Assembly: GCA_963514005.1 (NCBI GenBank)
Contig: OY740790.1
Location: forward strand, 12,338,001 to 12,402,000
Source of the DNA: Raja brachyura
Taxonomy: Eukaryota
Length of the DNA: 64,000 nucleotides
Direction: 5' to 3'
Positions 13,711-23,354 of the stretch are shown piece after piece (the first letter of the stretch is position 1; every line of letters begins with the position of its first letter). The notes below the pieces were generated by a model. It was not told where the DNA came from and searched no databases. It worked only from the letters and a program-made list of their open reading frames with translations. A program made the translations under genes and the position numbers.

Positions 13711-13834
13711 TCTTAATTTAAAAAAGATTACGTGATTCTACGCTTCCATAAGTGTACGGTTATGATCTGCAAGATATGGAATTGGGAAACTTGTGAAAAA
13801 ATCATGTGGTTGTTTGAACTGTGATGCCCTTTGT

Positions 13835-13944
13835 GGTAAATTCCCTTCAGCAGAGAACGGCGGAGGAACCAGTGAACGGTGCGTGGTCGGGAATGCTGGT
13901 CTGACGCCAAGGGGAGTCCCCTGCTGTCCCAGACGGGTTATAAA
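13835..13944 (+). promoter_or_regulatory. VCAM1 proximal promoter: two kB-like sites and a TATA box
   Basis: GGTAAATTCCC (13835-45), GGGGAGTCCCC (13911-21; contains a GGGRNWYYCC match), TGACG half-site at ~13902, TATAAA 13939-44 about 105 nt before the ATG. Confidence 0.7.
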
Positions 13945-14049
13945 GCGGGGCGGCGGAGCTCAGGCTCACAGCTCCAGAGCCTGGCGCCCCTTGCAGAAGT
14001 GAAGTCAACCTCGGCTTGTGTGTGTGTGTGTCCGAGTGCAGGCTGAACC

Positions 14050-14110
14050 ATGGCGGGAGGGAGATGCGACCCAGCCGCTACAATTACTCTTGCGTTGCTG
14101 CTCGCCACAG
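14050..14110 (+). CDS. VCAM1: VCAM1-like exon 1 (signal peptide)
   Basis: accATGG Kozak; MAGGRCDPAATITLALLLAT(G); phase-1 GT donor at 14111. Confidence 0.85.
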
Positions 14111-14304
14111 GTTTCTCATTTATTTCACAGCACTAATAATCTGCACTTTCCTCTGATTCGTTTTGTGTTGAATATCAGGCACCAAAGTATCAATTTTAGT
14201 ATCTGTTTGTTTAAAGAAATAAAGAGGTGAACATTTAAAGGGTTCAACTTGTAAGCTTTAAAAAATAATAATAATATTGCCTTTGTGTTGTTTGTAAACT
14301 GCAG

Positions 14305-14580
14305 GATCCGCCTTCAATTTGGAGTTAAACCCGTCTGGAAACGTGTGGGCTCGTATCGGGGACTCGCTGGTGTTGAACTGTCTGGCGAAGAGCTGCTCGT
14401 CTCCGACCTTCACGTGGAGAATCGGCACCGATAACCCCCTGGGCGGAACAGTCACAACTCGGGGCTCGGGGTCCACATTCACCATCTCCGCAGCTACCCC
14501 GCAGAACGAGCACAAGTACACTTGTTCCGCAAGATGCGGCGCAGAAGAAAAACGAAAATATGTCAACCTCAATATATTCT
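14305..14580 (+). CDS. VCAM1: VCAM1-like exon 2 (Ig domain 1, integrin-binding domain)
   Basis: AG/GT-bounded. ARIGDSLVLNCLAKSCSSPTFTWRIGTDNPLGG...NEHKYTCSARC parallels VCAM1 D1 (AQIGDSVSLTC...C.SP.FSWRTQIDSPL...NEHSYLCTATC) with four cysteines. Synteny with EXTL2. Confidence 0.93.
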
Positions 14581-14886
14581 GTAAGTATTAACCCATCTCC
14601 TGACTGTAAATTCGCCCATTCGGCCCATCGAGTCTATTCCGCCATTCAATCATGGCTGATCCATCTCTCCCTCCTAACCCATTCTCCTGCCTTCTCCCCA
14701 TAACCTCTGACACCCGTACTGATCAAGAATCTGCCTTAAATATATCCATTGCTTTGGCCTCCACAGCCGTCTATGGCAATGAATTCCGCAGATTCACCAC
14801 CCTCTGACTAAATCGATGAGCACCTTGGGCGCTGTACATTCCACCCTGAATCCCTGTTTGATTCCTGAATCCATGTGTCGTTGCAG

Positions 14887-15189
14887 CTCTGTCCGACACA
14901 CTCATCGTGGAGACAGTGGGCAGTCTGGAAGTTGGCCAGAGAGGCTCTGTGAGATGTATGGTCCCCAAAGTCTACCCCGCTCATGTGGAGGTGGAGTGGC
15001 TGAAAGGGACAACGGTGCTGAAGACCGACAGCTTCCGCAACTACACAGAGGAAGAAACGGCGATGAACTTCACCTACGAACTGACGCCCGAATTGCGAGA
15101 CTCGGGACAAGAGCTGACATGCCGAGTGCAATTACTCACGGAGAACCAACCACGCAAGGTCGAGGGGACTCTAACGTTACAGGTTCACT
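14887..15189 (+). CDS. VCAM1: VCAM1-like exon 3 (Ig domain 2)
   Basis: LEVGQRGSVRCMVPKVYP...WLKG...LTCRV, like VCAM1 D2; phase-1 splice sites. Confidence 0.92.
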
Positions 15190-15307
15190 GTAAGTATGGA
15201 TACAGTGATATAACATTGAGAAAGGAGTCGCTGTTATAGACGTTGTCTGGACAATGGTTTAAGTCGCCTGCCTTTAATGTACTGAATGATCCCATCTCCT
15301 TCTACAG

Positions 15308-15574
15308 ATGCTCCCACAGGGATTGACATTACTGCGGAGCCCTCTGCCACAGTGAGAGAGGGTCAGGATGTTCGGCTAACCTGTGCTGCAGACAGCAGCC
15401 CCGCTGCCAGGATTGTGTGGAGCAAGTTATCCGCCGGCAACTGGTCAGTCGTGGCCGAGGACCGAGCGATTCTGCACCTGTCACCGGCCCTGTTCGGGCA
15501 CACGGGAATGTACCGTTGTGAAGCCAGCAATAAACTGGGGACAATCACCAAGGGGGTGGAATTCCATGTTCAAG
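15308..15574 (+). CDS. VCAM1: VCAM1-like exon 4 (Ig domain 3)
   Basis: VREGQDVRLTC...W...TGMYRCEASNKLG; phase-1 splice sites. Confidence 0.92.
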
Positions 15575-15599
15575 GTGCGTGGGTTTCACGATTGTAATT

Positions 15600-16100
15600 T
15601 TACTATCACTGTTATAGGAAAGACGTGGTCAAGCTGGAAAGGGTGCAAAGATTTACCAGGATGTCGCCAGGGCTAGAGGGTCTCAGCTAGAGGGAGAGGT
15701 TGGGCAGGCTGGGACTCTATTCCTTGCAGCGCAGATGAGGAGTGATCTTATAGAGGTGTATAAATCATGAGAGGAATAGATCAGGTGGATGCAGAGTCTT
15801 TTGCCTAGAGTGGGTGCATTGATGACCAGGCATAGGTTTATGGTGAAGGGGAAAAGATTTAATAGGAATCTGAGGGGTAACTTTTTCACACAAAGGGTGG
15901 TGGTTGTATGGAACAAGCTGCTAGAGGAGGTAGTTGAGGTTGTGACTATCCCAACATTTGAGAAACAGTTAGAGAGGTACATGGATTGGAGGGACATGGA
16001 CCAAACACGGGCAGGCGGGACTAGTGTAGCTGGAACATGATGGCTGGTGTGGACAAGTTGCGCTGAAGGGCCTGTTTCCACACTGTATCACTTTATGACT
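15600..16100 (+). mobile_element. CR1 3' fragment in VCAM1 intron 4
   Basis: FFTQRVV..WN..L motif and CR1 3' UTR. Confidence 0.8.
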
Positions 16101-16167
16101 ATGTTTCTTTGCACAGATTTGGCTAAACTTTTTGCAATTCATTAATTTCTCACGCCTCTGGTCCCAG

Positions 16168-16431
16168 GTATTCCCAGGGACACCACTCTCTCCATCACCC
16201 CCTCTGCTGTGAAGGAAGGAGACGGGGTCACGTTCAGCTGCACAACCCAGTCCAACCCCCCTGCCCAGCTTGTACTGAGGAGGCAGTCATCGAGCGGATG
16301 GAGCGAGCTAGACTCTGAGAATGGGACATTGACAATCCGTGCTGTCCAGCCAGCTGATGCAGGGCTGTATCAATGTGAGGCCATTAATGCTCTGGGGAAG
16401 CAGATCAACAGCAACAAACTCCAGGTTCAAG
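16168..16431 (+). CDS. VCAM1: VCAM1-like exon 5 (Ig domain 4)
   Basis: VKEGDGVTFSC...DAGLYQCEAINALG; phase-1 splice sites. Confidence 0.92.
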
Positions 16432-17119
16432 GTTTGTATGGAAATTAATGAGAAATTTATAGGAAATGAATGTGAAAAGTATTTTCACTTGAATTATTAC
16501 GAGGGGGGGAAAGAATGATTTGGATTTATGGGGGAACATTCATACCATTCAGGACTACGCAAACACTTTATCACCAATAAATTGCCTTTGACATGTGAAG
16601 CAACGAAATGCGGTGCAGCACATTCTCACAAGGAGCAATTGGTTGTAATGATGGCGAAAAATAAATTGTATATGCTGATTTACAACAACAAAAAGACCCA
16701 AAGTTCTGGAGTAACTCAGTGGGTCAGGTAACATCCCTGGAGAACATGGACGGGTAACGTTTCAAGTTGGGATCCTTCTTCAGACTGGTGTTGGTTTAGT
16801 GATAAATATTGACCAGGACACTAGAATAAACTGGGCAGAACTCTGCCACTTTAAATTTAAAATTGTGTTACAGAATCTTTTATGTCAACTAGAGGGGGCT
16901 TTAATTTGACAACTTATGTTAAAGAGTAACTAACTGCTGCCATCCTTTGGCACAGGACTGGGGAGACTTTCTAGCTTTTTGTGCCTAATTCCTTGAACAG
17001 AAACTTTAGCTCACAAGTCATGGTGTTTATTATAAATTGCAATAATCTATGATTGTAACAATCATTAATAGACATCATGAGATGTATAGATCGGGTAGAG
17101 TCAATAGACATGTATTTTC

Positions 17120-17385
17120 CCCCTCATCACCAAACCTGACTGGGCTCATCCTTCCAAACTGGTTGATGAAGGAGAAAAGGTCACCATTGGTTGCACCATT
17201 CATAACATCCACTTAGCCAATTTCACCTGGAAGAAACTAGTGAACAACAGTGAAAATGTGCTGTCCTTCAGTAACAACAACTTTACAATCCTTGAAAAAT
17301 ACACCAAGTGACGCTGGGCTTTGTAAGGTCAAAGCGATTAATAAACTTGGGAAACTAATTTGTAGAAATACAAGATATTGGTCAG
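17120..17385 (+). pseudogene. Decayed Ig-domain pseudo-exon in the VCAM1 last intron
   Basis: Translates PSKLVDEGEKVTIGC...FTWKKL...FTI, then after a frameshift TPSDAGLCKVKAINKLG. The YxC motif is lost and no clear acceptor is visible. Confidence 0.75.
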
Positions 17386-17469
17386 TTTAAATATAGATTG
17401 AGAATTGTTGTGTGGAGAATGTATTTTACTGATATTGTTCTTTAAAAATATTCTTCTGTCTCTTTGCAG

Positions 17470-17639
17470 AAAAAATACCTGATATAGCGACACCTGCTGA
17501 GATTCCTCCGGGAGTTCTGGAAACAGTATGCACAGTAGCCGCAATTGCATCAGCAGGACTGATATTTTCTGCTCTGTATTATGCCTTTCGCAGAAGCAAT
17601 TTGACAAAATCCTACAAAATAGCGGGAGAGATACTGTGA
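17470..17639 (+). CDS. VCAM1: VCAM1-like last exon (transmembrane helix + short cytoplasmic tail)
   Basis: tctttgcag acceptor; EKIPD...VCTVAAIASAGLIFSALYYAFRRSNLTKSYKIAGEIL*. The tail resembles VCAM1 ARKANMKGSYSL. The spliced CDS is 1341 nt and in frame. Confidence 0.88.
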
Positions 17640-18804
17640 AGTGAAAACAAAGGACCAAAGGAATGGACATTCACACTTCTAGCACCGATCAATCTCTGGG
17701 ACTGTGCTGCTAGGGGCGGGAAGTTGGGAAATGACAGAGCTGGATTATAACAAGATTCAAAATATTACCAACAGCTGGTATCTAAAAAGTGGTCAGTCGA
17801 CCTGAACTTGGGGCACTTTATTGTAAATAATACTCAGAATTTGCTGCCGTTCTTGCGAGGAATAGTACTGTGCTAAGGAAATAGTGCACAAACAATTCAC
17901 TTCAAAAAGTTCTCTGGCTTAAACAAATGCATTTTCGATATCTCTCCCCCATGTTCCAGGCAAAATTCAAACTATTAGCACTCTTCAGTGAAATCTAGTT
18001 TTTTCAGATGCAAAATGGTGTTGGACTTGTGGGTAATGGGAGGCCATTGTGAGCCAGGAACAAGGCACTTTACACTTACTGTTCTACTGTTTATGGATCA
18101 AAAAATATTTGACCTCCTATGGTGAGGCTGTTGATTATCTGTATTTTTTTTTTTAAATGCTGCTGCATTCTTCCCAGAACGTTTGAACCACTTTTGCAAT
18201 GAATTCCTAACACATTGAACTGGGACACCTTCCATTGTGGTTGAATCTCGGAACTGTGTGCTGGTTTAGGTACTGAACTCTCAGCTGGGGACCATTGGTC
18301 GGTGACTCAGTTTTCTGAAGCTGGAACTGGAAATCCAAACCAAATGAATTGTACTCTTTGAACTACACTATTGTTAAACTCAATTTGCATTAGTGTCCAC
18401 ACATGTTATATCAATCATTTTTTCACCTAATATGTCAAAGCCTGCAATAATTTAGATGAAACAAATTAATTAAAATAGTATTTATTTTTTGACTTAATGC
18501 ACCTCTCAAATTAAGTAATTTAAAATATTAGCAAAGATTTTTCACAATTAGAATATAATATTGTCAACTTTACTGTTGTCAACATTTGAGAATAATAAAT
18601 TTCCAACGTGAAAACCAGGAATTTCAGTGACACTTGGAATCATTTTAAACAAGTCCAGTCCCAGTACATTTTGCAATGCTGTCAGTCCAGGAAAGGTTGC
18701 ATGTGTAGAATTAATGGTTTGGCTGGTTCGAAAAGCGAGTGAATATCCGTGAACTTGTGTGGACACTTGTACTACTGAGTCTATTGACTAATGTTGTGGG
18801 TTTT

Positions 18805-18810
18805 AATAAA
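18805..18810 (+). terminator. Candidate VCAM1 polyadenylation signal
   Basis: AATAAA about 1.17 kb after the stop in an AT-rich 3' UTR; other AATAAA hexamers lie nearby. Confidence 0.4.
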
Positions 18811-19699
18811 CTGTATAATTATCTGAGCAGTTTCTCATGATAGTCTGTGAATCCTGATGGTCTGAGAGTTAAATATAATCACAGCAGTGTTACGCTATAG
18901 GTTCAGTCAAAGCACTTACTGTAAATGCGACAAGTTCATTTGTTTAGAGTTTAGCTTTGTAATTCTTTTATGTTTATGAAATTTAATATATGGAGAGCAA
19001 CTGTGATTAATTTAACAAACACTTTTGAGCTGCAGCAAAAATAAACTATACGAGCTGCACAACCTCTTGGGAAACTGGTATCCCAAAGAAATTGTGATAT
19101 AGAATATCAATTAGCCCGAAATGGCTGTCTTTAAAATTCTTATCATTTAAAATGAGTTACTAACACATATAGGTCAAAGGCCATGGATATAGGATATCAC
19201 CAATGATTTTAAAAAGTGTATGGGAGCAGGAAACAGAAAATAAAGTAATGGTCTGATGATGCAAGTTTAAAGATTGTGAAGCAGAACAGAGTGGGAACAT
19301 TTGAGGAATAGAGTCGTTTTGAGGTCTTTGTGTTTATTTAGACGAGTTGGATAGTCTTTATTTCCATACTGAAGATTATTCCCAGGATCACCAGCCAGGA
19401 ATAGGGGGTCAGACAAGTACGTGTGAGATGAGGAGGGATTTTAGCTCCCAGAATGTTGTGAATCTTCGGAATGTTCTGCCTTAGACAGGCATGGAGGCAG
19501 TCTTTGAATATATTCAAGATTAATGTTGGTATTTTTGTACTATACAAGAGTCAAGGGTTATGGGGAATGGGCAGTAAAATGCATTTGAGGTAAACATCAA
19601 ATCTCATTGATGGTGGAGCCAAGGCACACAGGGCCTACTCCTCCTTACATTCTTAGATGAAACATAGAGGTTGGGACAGGGAAAGCTCAAAGTTACGCA

Positions 19700-19995
19700 G
19701 AGGCAGTAGAGTGACACAGCGGTAGAGTTGTGCCTTACAGCACCAGAGACCCAGGTTCGATCCTCGCTATGGGTGCTGTCTGTTTGGAGTATGTACGCTC
19801 TCCTTGTGACCGCATGGGTTTTCCCCAGGTGCTCCAGTTTCTTCCCAGGTCCTAAAGATGTGCAGGTTTGTAGATTAATTGGCTTCTGTAAATTGTCCCT
19901 AGTAGAGGATAGAACTGGTGTATGGATGATATTTGGTTGGCACTGACTCGGTGGGTTGAAGGGCCTGTTTCCATGCTGTACCTCTCTAAACTAAA
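19700..19995 (+). mobile_element. tRNA-derived V-SINE (HE1-like)
   Basis: tRNA-like head (agcggtagag...ggttcgatcc), V-core and CR1-derived tail gaagggcctgtttccatgctgta. Similar copies at ~45130-45327 (-) and ~13040-13440 (-). Confidence 0.8.
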
Positions 19996-21636
19996 AAAAC
20001 GAAGCAAGAAACAGTGGGTCCAATCTCGTGGTAACTTAGGCCTCAATAGCCCTCAACTGTGTTTGCAGCACTTATAAATGAGAGTGGGTCTCTGCGTTAG
20101 AGTGATGTGGTTACTGAGGACTCTGGATAGTGGGACAGGGATTGCTTGGGATGTCAGAGGAGGGTGTAGACGTTTTCAGTAGACCTTCATGGACAGTGCA
20201 CCTATTAATGCAGCAGCTCTTGTACTATCAAACTGATTACTGCTGATAAAGAGTCTCATTTAGTCCAGCATTGTAAAATGTAATTGGCCTTGGCTCAGCA
20301 CAAGCGAATACGCAGGGGAGACCTCGTGAAAGTGTTCCTGGACTCGGCCCAACTCTATTAAAGTCTAGGTTGTTTCCTACGGCATTATAAAGTCAGCCCG
20401 CATTCAGATCAGTGTTGCAGAGTAGAGTTGGTATCTATTTTATGTTCAGAAGAATGAAAAGTTAGCATAGAAACTAACTGTTACTGCCTTAAAGACCAGA
20501 GTTCTAAAACACCAGTGCCATTTACTGTAAAACTGGAAGAGGATACAAAGGGGAATTCTGCAACCTATGGGTAATTTACAAGATTTCTACTAATCCCAGA
20601 AGATTCATTAAAGTTCCTCTATTTGGAGAAAAGGCTGTTTTTTGTTTTATTCAACAGCCAGAATCAGTTGGAACAGATCAGACAGCTAATCCACTCACAG
20701 AATGTCACTCACTTAAGAGTAAACTGGCTGCAGTTTAGTTTCTAGAATTACAACATGGAAACAAGCCCTTCTGCCCATCGAGTCCATGCCGGCCAATGAT
20801 CACCCGTTCACATTAGTTCTATGTTATCCCACTTTCTCATCCACTCCCTATGCACTAGGTGTGTAGGAAGGAACTGCAGATGCTGGTTTATACCAAAGAA
20901 ACCACAAAATGTTGGAGTAACTCAGCGGGTCAGGCAGCATCTCTGGATCAATGGGACCAGCGAGTGTGTAGCATCAGAGGTGATGTGCTCTATCCACCAT
21001 TTATGTTGGGCTCCTAGAAGCTCCCAACACATGGACTCAAGGATTATATGGTCATCTGGAATCTCCTCCACCTTGAGTACCAATGGACCAGGTATTCCCA
21101 GGAATCAGTGAAAATGCGGCATCCTTCCAAGCAAGTTTGAAAACTATCCCTGAACCTTTGTGTAACTTAGAGTCTCTTACTATGATGGAGCTTAGAATTG
21201 ATATTCTGTTTTGAGAGTGCACTGTCAAGCTTCTGTACAATGTGGTCTATCTGATGGAGCTGACCAGGTGTACCTTGGACCACAATACCAAAAATACTGA
21301 GAGTAGACAATAATTGGCATTACCTTCCGATAGATTAAAACCATAAAACCTTGGGACATAAGAGACAGAATTAGGCCATTCAGCCCATTGAGTCTCCTCT
21401 GCCATTTAATCATGGCTGATCTGTTTTTTTCCTCTCAACCCCATTTCATTTCGGAGTCACGTGAGTGACTTCGTGAAGAGCCCGCCGGCGCGCATGCTCG
21501 ACATATCGTCGTACCGCGTTGCTGCGACGGCTGACGGAGGAGCGTGCTCCTCGCCAGCCCTTCATAAGGGAACCACGCAGGTAAGTATGCTACCTTAAGT
21601 TGGTGGTTCTTGTTGTGTTTGCTTCACAGCAAGAAC

Positions 21637-22413
21637 ATGGATGGGAGTTTAAGAGGCCGGAGTTCGAGGAGAAGTCGCCGGCCAGCAGTTCCGGAGCGAG
21701 AGTTGTCGGGGGTACCTGCAACGCAGACCGGAACGAGGGCGGAGATGTCGGTGAGCTCTGTTTTTTCAGGTCCGGACCCGCCCGCACACCACAGCTCGGA
21801 GGAGTTCGACGAGGAGGAGTGTGGTGTGCCGCCAGAGCAGGACGACCCTGCCGTGGCAGTCAGGTCGTCAGCAGGCTTGCTGACGGCCTCGAGCAGAAGG
21901 GTCCGTGCGGATGCACGGCCCGCTTCACGAAGCCCCCTGAGGAGGGGAAGGGCAGGAGCCCAAAAGCCTAACCCTGTCGGGGCTAAGGCTCTGCCTGTCG
22001 CCAAGGAGCGGTCAGGTTCTAGGACGGGACCCGGGGCAGCTGTGAGGTCCAGCCGTCGCCCCCCAACTTCCGACGCCGGGACGAGTCAGTTGGGGGTCCC
22101 ATCACGGTCGCCGAGCCCCCCATGGATGGGTGGGCGAGACCATGCGTCGGCAAGGTCCACGATGTGGGCAGCTGGCAAGCCTGCACGGGCCCAAGGTATC
22201 CAGGCTTCGGCTGGTGCCGACACCATGCCGCATCTGTCCTTAGAGGCAACGGCTTCCGCTCCCGCTATACGGAGGCGGTTGAACACGCCCGTGCAGGAAT
22301 CGCGCAGTTTCGCCTCGACGACAACTACCGGCGCCGGCAGGGCCTCGACGAGGTGCGGGCCGATGACAGGAGCCTCGGCCAATTTTCAGAGCTGGAGGAC
22401 TCCGACCACCTGA
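21637..22413 (+). CDS. DIRS ORF1 (gag-like), N-terminal part; low complexity
   Basis: aacATGG start; Ser/Arg/Pro-rich; overlaps the next ORF, which is in the -1 frame. Confidence 0.55.
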   Translation: MDGSLRGRSSRRSRRPAVPERELSGVPATQTGTRAEMSVSSVFSGPDPPAHHSSEEFDEEECGVPPEQDDPAVAVRSSAGLLTASSRRVRADARPASRSPLRRGRAGAQKPNPVGAKALPVAKERSGSRTGPGAAVRSSRRPPTSDAGTSQLGVPSRSPSPPWMGGRDHASARSTMWAAGKPARAQGIQASAGADTMPHLSLEATASAPAIRRRLNTPVQESRSFASTTTTGAGRASTRCGPMTGASANFQSWRTPTT

Positions 22414-23354
22414 GTGTTCAGGGTGAAGGGCGTATTGACCGTATAGAGCGGCTGCTGGAACGTCTCCTTCAACAACAACAGGCATCCAGCAGCGACAGGC
22501 ACAGGGCTTCATCACCAGCTTCATACACCAGCCTGGAGCAGCAGGACGAGGAGGCAGTGGTCGATCCCATCCCACCCCCGCCTGAGTTACCGGCGGAGGA
22601 CCTCCTCGATGTGGCCACCAAGTTTGCAGCCCCTCATTCCTTGGGGCTTCCTATCAATACAAAACTGGCAGCCACTGTGGACTTCCTAAATAATCACCAG
22701 CTTCAGGAGGAAGTTCTACTACAAGCCATGAGCCGTCACAAGGCTCCATCAAACTGCAACTCCCTCAACGTGCCTGTGGTCAATACGCCAATCTGGGGCA
22801 ACATCAGTGCGGCTATCCGTCAGCAGGAACTAAAGATTCAGCGGATCCTGAAACTCCTCACGGCCGGGATTACTGCTTTTGTGCGGTCGGTCGACGGAGA
22901 GGAGCTTAATTTGGACCAGGAGGATGCTCTGGAGCTTCTATGCGCTACTCAAAATGAAATCAACGGCTTTCGGAAAAATAGCATCCGCCCAGCGCTCAAC
23001 CCCAAATTTGCAGGGTTGTGCAAACCACCGCCGCCGCCCCGTCAGCTCTTTGGCGAAGACCTTGCCAAAAGGGTCAGAGAGCTTGATGAACAAGCCAAGA
23101 CCGTGGGGCTCATGCGCTCTCAGAGTGCCCCCACGCCATCGAGCTCCAAAGCTCCGCTTGGCCGCTCACGAGGGTCTGCCAGCACGTCTACCAGGAATTA
23201 CCCTCCAGCTCCAAACCGATATCAACCACCCCAACCACAGGGGTCTTTTTTAGGACAGGCTCGGCAGAAGCCGAGATGGAAAATGAGGACGCATCGACCT
23301 CAAACCAACCCAGCACCTCTACGTCCACCCACTCGTGTCAGGGACCGCCGGTAA
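22122..23354 (+). CDS. DIRS ORF1 (gag-like), C-terminal part
   Basis: P.NC..L.VP.VN..IW, helical stretch and LFG.DL motif typical of DIRS gag; frame is open from 22023. Confidence 0.82.
   Translation: MDGWARPCVGKVHDVGSWQACTGPRYPGFGWCRHHAASVLRGNGFRSRYTEAVEHARAGIAQFRLDDNYRRRQGLDEVRADDRSLGQFSELEDSDHLSVQGEGRIDRIERLLERLLQQQQASSSDRHRASSPASYTSLEQQDEEAVVDPIPPPPELPAEDLLDVATKFAAPHSLGLPINTKLAATVDFLNNHQLQEEVLLQAMSRHKAPSNCNSLNVPVVNTPIWGNISAAIRQQELKIQRILKLLTAGITAFVRSVDGEELNLDQEDALELLCATQNEINGFRKNSIRPALNPKFAGLCKPPPPPRQLFGEDLAKRVRELDEQAKTVGLMRSQSAPTPSSSKAPLGRSRGSASTSTRNYPPAPNRYQPPQPQGSFLGQARQKPRWKMRTHRPQTNPAPLRPPTRVRDRR

Noticed and set aside
19710-19780. tRNA gene
   Set aside because: SINE head continuing into V-core and CR1-like tail.
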